64,000 nucleotides of DNA from Tubiluchus corallicola. Its lineage: Eukaryota; Animalia; Priapulida. A model generated the notes under the pieces. The model was given only the letters and a program-made list of their open reading frames with translations. It searched no databases and was not told the origin of the DNA. Where the stretch lies: the NCBI GenBank assembly GCA_030141605.1, contig JAQGDQ010000287.1, positions 232,190-296,189 of the forward strand. The letters are read 5' to 3'. Shown in pieces: positions 1 to 10,949 of this stretch (the stretch's first letter is position 1; each line of letters begins with the position of its first letter). The position numbers and the translations under genes are program-made.

Positions 1-300
1 TCCAGTAGATTTGCCAAGTTAAGAGTGCCTCGCTAGCAGACCCAAAAGAACAATATGTCAAATTGTCTATCCAGTATATTTTTAAATGTCCGAAGGTGTA
101 CAATTCGATCTGTTGAGATTCGGGCTCTAATTGAGATATGTCCATGAAAGCGACCTTAAGATCGTGTTAAGATCATGTTTACAAAATACGGAACTGGTTT
201 TGTTTTGAGTTAAATACAATATAATTCGAAAATAGTATTACTAATACTTACTTAGGATTGAAAACAATTTTTCCATATTCGGTTGCAACATTAAGTAGTG
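1..300 (-). pseudogene. Tentative exons (252..300 and 1..193) of a Cys-loop ligand-binding-domain-like protein, frameshifted by an 11-bp duplication
   Basis: Open frame VAFMDISQLEPESQQIELYTFGHLKIYWIDNLTY...LLTWQIYW resembles the WxD...W pattern of pentameric LGIC extracellular domains; phases 1 and 2 join the signal exon; acceptors are weak. Confidence 0.3.
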
Positions 301-332
301 CTTGTGACATACAGAATGTGTGCTATGTACAT

Positions 333-718
333 AGGTGACCAGTAATAAAGTCACTGAAAAAAAGACACATGTTTAGTTGGGAAAAAAAGTCACAATTAAT
401 TTATGGTTTGTCCAGAAAAAAGTCACAATTTTGGCCAGGAAAGAAAGTCGGGTAATCAAACAAAAATATTCAAGTCAGTCACAATTCATTTAATTAAAGT
501 AATAAAATAGAAAACATTTCAAATCAGTTATTAACTGACAATACATGATTTGTACATACAGATGACACTGTTTACACATGATGAAATAACATGCATGTGA
601 AAAAAATCATGTTTTGTTCAATATCTTAGGGCTAGGGTTATTTGTTTTTTCTTCGTGACTTCTTTCCTTGTGAATTTTTTCCTGTGACTCTTTTTTTCTG
701 TGACTTTTTAACCAGAGT
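333..718. mobile_element. Foldback-like MITE with AAAAGTCACA / TGTGACTTTT subterminal repeats (related short copies at about 10790-10905 and 55725-55815)
   Basis: Clustered aaaagtcac motifs on the left mirrored by gtgactttt motifs on the right. Confidence 0.5.
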
Positions 719-2492
719 TTTTAATACCAATATCCGTATATACATCAGCCTTGTATTTTGTTAAGTGTTCACTGCATTAAAAACGTTTTTATTACAATAC
801 TGGTCGGCCTGCATTATGTAATTCTTTTCAGTGATAAACATGATAATAAATGATTAATCAATCGATCAGTCTAATATTTACTGGCATCTTTCTTGTTTGT
901 GTTGTAACCAAACCAACATGTTGGTGTCGATAGCAGGTTTCAATGAGGGCTTCTGTATCTGTCAGTTGCACGAAATGATTCAGTCAGTTACTGTTTTAAA
1001 GTCTCTAAGCCACTTGTTAACGTTATCAAATGTGAACTTCACTGAATCACAAGAAGTAAAACCGTTACAAACGAGAAAGTTAGGCAAACCTGCTCTGCAA
1101 TTATTCTCAATGCACGTGGATCATTGTAGCAGGGTCAAACCCTAACTTATCATCAAGTCAATTCTATAAGACAGGACATTAGACCATCAGAAGTGTTTTA
1201 CCCACATTTAGATGTGAATATGAATCACAAATAAAACCGTGCTCACAGCCAACATCGAGCCTCGCGGTCAACAACCAATCCAGAGATCAGTCCCGACACT
1301 GTTTAACTTCAGTGTCATTAACGAACGGCTCGTAGTGACAATATTTTTCTACATTTGTTACAGGAATTTGATTTATACAGTTTCATGCTAATTTATTAAG
1401 TCAATTCTTGGTATTCTCTTGCTACTAAATAACCTTGCACAGGGTAGAATTTCTAGCCAATCAATGCCTCAGGATAGTGCAGGTCAACAACAATTATTGA
1501 ACGAAACAATGCCGACAATGTCCTTTCAAAAAAGAACTGAATGAGCCATTAGCAGAGGCTGTTCAAGGAACAATGACATACTAATGGTTAGTTAAGATTG
1601 TGAATAGAAAAGGGCAGAGGGAAAACTGATAATTACAGAGCCTCATGCTGTTAAAAACAAAAATCCGCCAAACTAATTAGGCGTTGAACCCAGACAAACT
1701 CTTTCCATGGATTAATCCTATGCAGACAAACCGAGCGGGAAGCGGTAGGTCACTTCAATACAAAACTAGTTTAGACAATACCGGGCCGCGGGAGCATCCC
1801 ACCTAATCGCCCCTGCCCCGCATAACCTTTCAATTTGTACTTTGTAAGAAAATGTAACTGTACAATCGGCATCGTGATTCAGTGAAACATTTTCTACGGA
1901 ATTGAAGGGTTTAGATTATAACATGCCGACAATATGAGTTTTAAGCGTCTGAATACCAAGCACAGCAGGCTAAACTGTATCTCAGTATGCACTGCGGAGT
2001 TCTATTGTTGATAATAATCAGCAAAAGCTTTCCGTTATATCAGATGCAATTACAACTCAATATTCTGAACTGGTTAATCGTACACTAAATGTAGGCAGCA
2101 TAATACGGGGGACATACAAATTACATAATATTTTGATATTATTATTACTATTTACTATTATTTGTATAAATTAACTTGAAAAAGAGTTGAAATTACAGTA
2201 CGCTGATTTAATATCAGTTCTGAAATTCTTTTTTTAAATGGACACTGCCAAAAATTTGCAAAGATCCTAGCTACATCAAATAGCAAATATATATATACAT
2301 AATAAATAAAGTAAACAACAAATACTAGTAAAAAATACTAGTAAACAAATTCACTTTAAATACTTATATGTTAAGTGTGGTCTGCATGTGAGCACTCCTC
2401 AAGAATTTAAAGTCAGTTTTTTTCATTGCTAAGATCCTGCTTTTTGTTCAAATTCATTTTTTAAAAAAATAAATTGTACAATAAAAACTCAC

Positions 2493-2559
2493 CCCCATAT
2501 CCAGCTTTGCTTCTATGTATCAAAAACAATAATCCTAGTACGAGTAACCACGTATCCAT
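2493..2559 (-). CDS. Probable first coding exon (signal peptide) of a gene running off the left edge
   Basis: ttttttgtag acceptor at 2587, ATG at 2559, MDTWLLVLGLLFLIHRSKAGYG then G|gtgagt (phase 1); hydrophobic core with SKA cleavage-like site. Confidence 0.55.
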
Positions 2560-4828
2560 ATTAGACCAAAAATATACACACCAAACCTACAAAAAATATC
2601 AAGAGCAGAGCAATTATAGTTTTTATACTCCTCTGCAAGTTAATGACTTTTAGATATTATTTTAAATCTCTAAAAGTAATTAAAGAATTAGTAATTAATT
2701 CATTAAGCTACCATTAAAAAAGCTATTGGTCCACAGTACTGTAAATACTGACAAAACACAAATCGCAAAAATATAGGCCTAAGAAATTGCAAAAAGCAAA
2801 AAACGCAAAAATATGGGCCCACAAAATTGCAACAATATAGTATGAAAGCGCTAACAGTTAAAAGTAAATCAAAACCTTTATTAAGAACACCTTCACCCAT
2901 TTCTGAACATTTACCTATATTCTATTAAACTATTCTAAATGACTCAGCAGTGCTTTATTATTGTAAAAAAGCATTATCAAATCAGTTTTTAGCATATTTA
3001 CCGTACCTTTATTCACTATACGTTATTTTTAAACTATCACATAACATTCATAAGTAATATTTAAGTTTTTGCAATTCGAACATTAAATTCATAAGTAATT
3101 TTTCAAGTAATTCTAGTTACCGTATCACTGTTAAAACTAAAAGTACTTAACTGAAACATTTACTCCAAGTAATTTGTCTAGTGCTAAATTTGGTTTTTCG
3201 TGGTTTACTTACTGAGTAACAATAATGATGAATTTTACTTTTTGAAAAATTTGCTTTTCAAGTCATCACGGTATTGGCAAAAAGGTTCTTATGAATTCAA
3301 ATCTCAAACAAACTGAATAGACTTACTGAGTAATCTACATATTACATATGTCATCATTAACTAACATCCTTAGTAAATTACATCATTATTAAATTACTTA
3401 GTTTAGCATTGTGAAATTTATTTAAAAGTATTTTAAAAAAATAAACGTTGACAAAGCAAGCGGCACGCCAATCTACTTGCTCAGCCAGTAATCTGCATTT
3501 CACATTAAAGCACCATAATTTAATGAAAACTAGAACGTTTCCAGTCAAATACATCTAACATGTTAATCAATAATGAACTGGTGTTGTTTCATAAGCTTTT
3601 AGCATTGTACAGGGAAAAGCAGCCCTTGCATTGATTGATAATAAACACTAACATAAATTATTGTTTATGCTACATAAATTCAGCAGTGAAAAAAGAAGTG
3701 ATTGTAAACAGAAATACATTATTAGGCTGGCTAATGCATTACGTAGGCATACTCATGATTACATAAATGCAGGTGGTATAGACAAATAAATTTAGATTCA
3801 GTATCTTACATGGTACAAAAATGTTATACAGTACAAAAACACGGCCAGCCAAGCAGTGCATCCACAGTATGCATAATTGGAAATGAAATAAATAAAACTG
3901 CTACACTGGCCTCGAATTATAACCTAGAGAAATACTTTAGACTGAAAAGACAAAACTTAATAGTGAAACAGTTGAGGCATCAAATCGGACGCAATTTCGC
4001 AAATTGTTGAAGAGAGACCGTCAATAACCGTGTTATGATTAGGTCTCTTAGACTTCGTAAACAAGTAAGTACTATTATTAAAAGCGTGTTAGACCCAGAT
4101 AAGCTTACTTACTTTATGCAGCCGAGTCAAAAGTTGGTTTCTCTGTACGACGTTACCCTGTTACTCATACGCAAAATACTTTTATATCGGAAGAGATGCA
4201 CATAATTATGACCGTAACGCAACTCTTCCAATTAACAAGAAGATACTTTCCTAACTAGAAAGTTAACTACACTTTCGTGAAAGTTCTAGATCAACGCGAC
4301 AGAAACTGTAGACATCCCACGAAGAGCGTATTGATACATTCACCTATAAAAAATCATTCTTGATCGCCGATTTACAGCAATCTATAGTCACAACTTCAAC
4401 TAGAAGGACCGATGAATTCACTCATATTTCCAATACCACCTCCATGCGCACGCTAGAGTAACATTGCTAGTAAACTAAACTGACAAACTGTACGATCACT
4501 GCCAACAGCAGCTTTAGACAGATTGAATCTCAAACTCGTACTGACTGCCACACAGCGGCAATTATGCGAAGCTTCCGCAGCATATGTGCAGAATACATCC
4601 TCGTATACTACGTGGAATAACGCACATTACTGGAGATCAGACTCTTACTACGTGAAAACCGAAATCCAATAAGGCTTTTGGTTTATAATTGCTATTTCAA
4701 ATGTTAGTTTCATGCTGTTTTTATAGGTACGTTTTCACCTGGCTTATTATAGCTGCTAGGACAGAATGGTCCAAGTTTCATGACTATGTTTACGGCTCCA
4801 CTGGTATTATTATTTCTAACGATTAGTT

Positions 4829-5097
4829 ACAAGATACAAGAGGCAAGATTGCGATAGTATGGGCACCTGAAAAGAAGAGTCGGGGAAGATCACGTGGGAA
4901 GGGAGGTCATGGAAATGGAAGTGCTGGGAAATAGAAGAAGAGGACGACCCAAGCTGAGATGGTTTGAATGCATAAACGGAAACCTTAGAGAGAACAACAT
5001 AAATGAAGAGATGGTCAACAACAGGAATGCATGGAGAAGACTTATTCACAACGGCGACCCCGCATAGGGAAAAGCTGGGAAGAAGAAGAAGAAGAAG
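4829..5097 (+). mobile_element. 5'-truncated RTE-clade LINE 3' end
   Basis: Translates KIQEARLR*YGHLKRR...GNRRRGRPKLRWFECI...NRNAWRRLIHNGDPA*, followed by a (GAA)n tail. Confidence 0.85.
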
Positions 5098-5224
5098 TTA
5101 GAAAAAATGCTACAATATTACAATAATGCGCGATGTCCACTTAATATAGTTCTCATGATGATGTTTTCGACAATGAACTACATATCCAATGTAGGTGTAG
5201 TAAACAATGTATATTTAACATGTT

Positions 5225-6060
5225 AAACTAGGTCTCAGCCTGATCTCCAACAATCTTTCGTCTTTCAATATAATTCCATTCCAAGCTCAACAATTTAATT
5301 TTCTAGCCTGCTCAGTTTCCAAGTTGGCCTGCTCGAATCTCGTTTCAGTTCAACATTTAGGTCAACTCTATTCTTCTCAAGTTACTCAGTTCAAAAAAAT
5401 CAACTTTCAAATATAACTCTCAACTCAGTCCCTAGGTCAGTTTAAAGTGAAGTTAAGCGAAACGTTTACTGTGTTTAGGTCTCAGTTTCAACTTTTGCTC
5501 AGCTCTTGGTTTGATTTAACACATCCAGTTTTTAACTCAGCACTCTACTGATCTTAATTATTGAATCAGCCCTTCACTTGACTCAGGCTTTAATTGAGCT
5601 TAAGCTCCAGGCTCTCCTCACTTAAATTCGCAACTCAATTCAAATCGCTTCCGTGCTTAACTCTAAACTTAATTCAACTTTATTCTTAACTCCATTCAGT
5701 TCACTATTCAACTGATTTTAGTCCCACTCCAACCACAACTCAGTCGAAGTCAATCCAACTCAAGAAATCTCAATTTACTCAACTCACTTGCTCCTACTCA
5801 ATCTAGCTCAACTCTTTATAAAAGTCGTGTGTCAAATAAACTTAATTCAATCTAGCTTAATTCGACTGTAAACCGAAATCCCAGCTTGCTGACAACTATA
5901 CCCTAAATCAGCTCAGTGTAAATTGAACTAACTCAAATCAGTTCACCTCAGTTCACACCTTAATTGTTGGCGCTATTTTGGTCTCATCTTTTCGTTTTTA
6001 GTAAACTGACTCTACTCGAAGTTTAGTAAAAAGTCAAAAAGGACCACTCTCATTAACTCT
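5225..6060. repeat. Degenerate pentanucleotide-periodic low-complexity tract (AACTC/TTCAA/CTCAG-like)
   Basis: Dense ctcaa/ttcaa/ctcag words, strong C over G skew. Confidence 0.5.
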
Positions 6061-6179
6061 ACACAGACTACAGAAACATGCATTTAATCGTACATAGTCA
6101 GGACTTAATGACATTTTTCTAATCAACAACTTCATATTTGACATTTCATCATGTCAAATATAAGGCACTGTACAATGTC

Positions 6180-6589
6180 CAATGGCCGGATTATGACCTT
6201 TTAGTGTCCCCAGACTAACGAAATTATGGGCCCCATCAGACGTAGCCACCCTATAACTCGCCTGCACTCCCCTTGAATCTTTCTACTAGTATACATTTTT
6301 CGCTTTCGCAAACATGTGCAACATGCTCGTGGAATGTTTTTGCTGTTAAAAATTTTGTTAGTTTGTGATGTCATCAGTAGTTGGGCTCGCCGCCGTTAAT
6401 TAAATTTTAATATATTATTTAATTATCAGAAACGTTTTTGCAGTATTAATTGTGTTAAAATGTCTACTTTTTATCAGACTTGAAAATAGGGTAGTATATG
6501 CAAAATCATCTTGTCTTCCTTTAAGATCCCTTAAGCTTGAAGGACCCTAAGCTGCAGCGTATATTAACCTATAGGATAATCCAGCCCTG
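6180..6589. mobile_element. hAT-type MITE containing a Kolobok-type fragment
   Basis: 8-bp TSD ACAATGTC (6172-79, 6590-97); ends CAATGGCCGGATTAT / ATAATCCAGCCCTG; internal 6285-6522 matches the 38358-38956 family right end. Confidence 0.8.
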
Positions 6590-8135
6590 ACAATGTCGTT
6601 TACCTACAAATGACACCGAGTATATCACATTTACTGTTTTATTTTTGAGTAACGAAATATACAGAATTGCAGCTCACAAGTTCCCGACAGGGACTGATTT
6701 GCTTGGAGTCTCTCGGTCTGTATTTCCAAGTGTAGACGTGCTTACAGCGACTAGCTCTCAATTTGCTCGTCTGAAACTATTTGATTAAGTGTGCCAATTT
6801 TTCCCAATGGAGCGTTGCTTCAACAATGACTCATATAATTATTGTTATGGTGGTTTCACGCAACATGGAAAAAACCGTATCTTGATTTTGCGTGTGTTTG
6901 TCTGCACGCGTGACTGCGTGTGCACTTCAGGTTGCGTGCGTGCTTATAGTCAAATCACGAAAATGCGTTGAAACCGCTTTGGACGAATGCGATTTTACGT
7001 AACGCCATTCCGTCACTCAATATATAACAGCGATCTTTCCAATATGTTGCTGATGCTGCATAGTTCCCCCTTCTTCAGCCCCAGCGAATGTTATCAGCTC
7101 ATAAATCAATAAGCAATCTGTATGAATACCGCCAGAGAAATGGAAATTTGACGCAATCTAAGAGATGATGACATTTGTCACTGCTATTATTAGTGAGTGT
7201 TCTCGGGAAATTTGTACAGAATTGACGCCCAGTCATTATTATATCGAGTTACTGTAAACCACGCAATGGGCTTTTCGCACAAATTCGTCAAAAAACGACA
7301 TCACCATCGTCATCGTCGTCGTCATCATCATTCTTTTGGTAATTGCCTTTATTATTAATTACTTAACTGAATTAATTACTGAACTGCTATAGCCAAATGC
7401 ATACAGTGACCACACAGATATTCACACCAGTGTGTACTTAAAACTACATTGATGGGTAAATGTAGTTTTATTCAGAGCTGTGAAAGCAAGGCGGATCTTG
7501 CTTTGATCTATGTGGTGATGGTAGGCAAACAGCTTGAGAAAGTTTGTAATAACAAGCTACAGGTGCAAAACTGATAAGTTTGATAAGGCTGAAGTTCCAC
7601 TGAACAGATAGGCAACAGACAAATGTTTGCACGGGCCTTTCCGGCGGTCTTTTAACCTGTGGTGCATTGTCCTTCAGACTCCAGTGGATGCATCGTTCCC
7701 CTCTAGTCCTCTTTCTCAACTTCTCACTGTCGCACAGACCCTTACAGGCCTGTGTTCTTAACCTGATTTGCTGTTCCCTGTTGACTCTCACTTGTCTCTG
7801 TATATTTGTACAAAATACAGTAAATAACATTTCTTCCTCAGATCAACAATCGCTAATGGATGATATGGAAGCCAAACAAAAATCTCAGAGGTTCCTATAG
7901 AGACAGGAGACGTGGTGCGAGAGAGACTGTGAAGAGGAAAGAGAGTTACTGACGCATGGTATTCGATAATTTTCACAGCATACAGTTGCAGCAGTTCCTG
8001 TTCAAAACAACTGGCTCGGGTCTTACAAAAAAATCCGGTTATTCGAATCGCGAATTCAATCTGTTCTTTCGTCAAACTTTTTCTCAACGACAAAAGCATT
8101 TATCCATTCGAGCTGCAATATGACGTGATAATTAA

Positions 8136-8136
<1 letters not shown>

Positions 8137-8176
<40 letters not shown>

Positions 8177-8377
8177 TTCATTTATGACATAGCCCAAGGA
8201 TGACACCATACTCAATACTTGTTTTCAAGGTGATTACTCACATGTTACTTCGATAAACCTACGTGCTTGGTCGAAGAAACAAGTACCATTTTTTAGGTCT
8301 TTGGTATGACTCGGTCGGGAGTTGAACCCGCGACCTCCCGGGTGAGAAGCGAACGCGTTACTAGTGAGCTACGCCCC
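8137..8377 (-). mobile_element. tRNA-derived SINE (Meta-domain-like) with (TTA)n tail
   Basis: Minus strand: GTAGCTCACTAGTAA A-box-like, GGTTCAACTCC B-box, then GTCATACCAAAGACCTAAAAAATGGTAC; (TAA)n at 8137-8176. Confidence 0.8.
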
Positions 8378-8419
8378 AGATGGCAAGACATAATTTCCTT
8401 GGTTTAAGACAAAAGTTAT

Positions 8420-9090
8420 CACAATTCGTTAATTGGTTAAGTGATCAGAATTGTTTAATTAATTAACTTTAATTGATTTAATTCCAAAAATATTTAATCG
8501 ACGAAGTTGAAATTATCTATCACGATAGTTAAGATGTCCTTCGTTCAATTTAATTTCTTTAGCAATTTGTTAATTAGTTAGTCAGTTAGAGTACTTTAAT
8601 TAATTAATCAATTTAAATTGATTTAATTTTTTTTCTGAGATTCAATTGACTTCTAATTCGGAATGATAATTAACTAAGGTGCGTTAGGCTTAAAACTAAA
8701 AAAATGTACACATTCGTTAATTAGTTCATTCTAACGTTTAATTAGCTCATTATAAATTGAATTTGATTACATGTTCCGTGATACAGTTAAGCAGAAATTT
8801 GGTAGGATAATTAGATGGAATGCGTTTGGATCAAAGCAAAAAATTTATAGAAATTAGTTATTATATATTAGTTATTATATTTATAGTTATTAGTTAATTA
8901 ATTAATTTAAATTTTATTAAATTTATTTCTAATCCAATCGAGTTGAAATTTGGCAGCATCATTAGCTAGAATGTCTTTGGTTCAAAATTTGTAGCAAATC
9001 GTTAAATTGACTGAATGAAGAGCAAAAGTGGTACCAAAAATATCTGCAAAGCCCCATTTTAACGTTACATTGATTTAATTAATTTTCGTG
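8420..9090. repeat. Degenerate AT-rich tandem repeat (about 140 bp unit, 4-5 copies), probably internal to a non-autonomous element
   Basis: Recurring ttcgttaattagtt...ttaattaattaatttaaattgatt...gttgaaatt...gataattag blocks. Confidence 0.45.
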
Positions 9091-10949
9091 TTATCATGAT
9101 CTATCTCACTTGTTTCACGGCCAATTGAAAGATCAGTGTACTGCATAAGGTATAATTATTGTAATTATGAAGTATGTGAAAGTTGAGGGGGTGGCAAGAA
9201 ACTACGTCAAATTGACTCCAAAATTATAGGGAAGAATTAATCACCTTCATTAATGTTAAGCAACATAGTTCAAACGAAACATCAGGAGAAGTTGAAGCGT
9301 ATTGTACCAAAAATTTTTGTAAAGCCTCATTCATTTGGTGGCTTTCAATCAGTACTGCATGTGGTGCGTTTTAGTCTATATTTATCTTGCAAATGTTGAC
9401 TTCTGAAATCTTTAGTTTTTCTATCTAGTTTCCCAAAAAAGGAACGTCAGAAAGTTTTTACCCAGTAACAGTTAAAACCCTGTTTTTTGTAAGTACAATT
9501 TTTGTTTACTGAATTTACTGATTTAATTTTCTCCTAAGGAACTGTATTTATCGAGTTATACTAGCGATCCTGCTAAGCATTGTGTGTTATTACTGTCTGT
9601 ATTTTGTCTTTGTGTTTTTTCTGTTTTTTTGTGCTATGAATTCAGTAGCATTACCTTTATAAAATCCAGAAAATAATGTTTTTGGTAACTATTATAAAGG
9701 TACTAGTCCTGCACTTAAATTGTTTACTTTGTATTTAAGAAACTTGCTTATAATGCTCTTGAAGAGAATCTGTTCTATATTTAGCATCAGATTTAATTCA
9801 CTACTAATTAGTCATACACCAAAAATTATCTGAAGCAGGTATTCTCTTTTGCATGACAGCCTAGAGCATTATTACTGTTCCGTTGTAATTGTTCTTTTAT
9901 TAATCAGTTACCTATTTGCTAAAAAAACTGTAAAAAATACGTTTTTAAAATGCATACTAATAAACCACACCTAGCGCCTTGTTCCATGATGACATCGAAA
10001 GTTGACGTCACGCATCATTCCCGTTTAGCTGAGTTGTAGTGGGGTTAAAGAAACCTGTCTGACTATGAAAATATTTCTCTGAGATAATATATAGCCACTG
10101 CTCAACACAAAATTCAAAGTGTATTCATTGTTCGCCACTTTTTAGATTTGGACTATTTGAAGAGATTATTCTTTTTGAAAGCTCCAGCCCCATTTGTAGG
10201 CCTACACGCATGCAAAGAATAAAAACAACGTGAACCATGTTTATAAATTAATTATCATAGGCTAGGTCAGAGTTGAACATTTAGTAATGAGTAGGTTAAT
10301 CTTCGCCCTTCATAGTCCTTTTTAATTTTGCTGGTTCGGCGGGACGCACAAGGCTATGTCGTCACTGACAACCATAGCAAAGATGAAGCTTGATGGAGCC
10401 TTGAGTGTGCCAGGAAATAAACTATGCTGAATTTAACTAATCCCACATGTAGTCGAGATTTGAGTTTTTGCTTTTTTCAACGTTTCGATCACGCTTTCTC
10501 AAAATGTTAAATTTTTGTTTGTGTTCACATTCTGTCTCTGTCTGTTGTCCGATTTTCATTTTTTGCAATATAATTATTTAACACAGAGGACGATACTAAG
10601 GTTCGCCCTGGGTGTTGCAGTGTATTGCTTTGTGGTAGGCAGAAGCTAGTTCTAATTGTAAGGTTTCGCGCGTGTACCTTGTGGACGGTTCGGAACAGCA
10701 GGAGTTGGCTTGTTTGTGTCACATCCTTGATCTTATTTTTTATTAAAAAACTATAAACATATAAAAATTATATGCGCGGCTGAGATAGTGACCGACAATA
10801 AAGTCAGGAAAAATGTCACGGAAAAATCACGTTAGCGTTTTCTTTAACGTTATTCAAACTTATTGTTTTTTTCGTGTGCTTTTTTTACTGTGACTTTTTT
10901 CTGGCTTCACAAATTTATCTTTCAAGCTTAATAACTCAGCTTGCCACAT

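Noticed and set aside
6134-6161. 11-bp perfect hairpin ATATTTGACAT/ATGTCAAATAT
   Set aside because: Isolated, no Helitron CTRR end nearby; compatible with chance in AT-rich DNA.
7468-8099. Cluster of 77-120 aa ORFs
   Set aside because: No recognisable domain or consistent splice structure; cannot be supported.
8300-8377. tRNA gene (also 41231-41300)
   Set aside because: A and B boxes are present but there is no full cloverleaf or acceptor stem; continues into a SINE body and tail.
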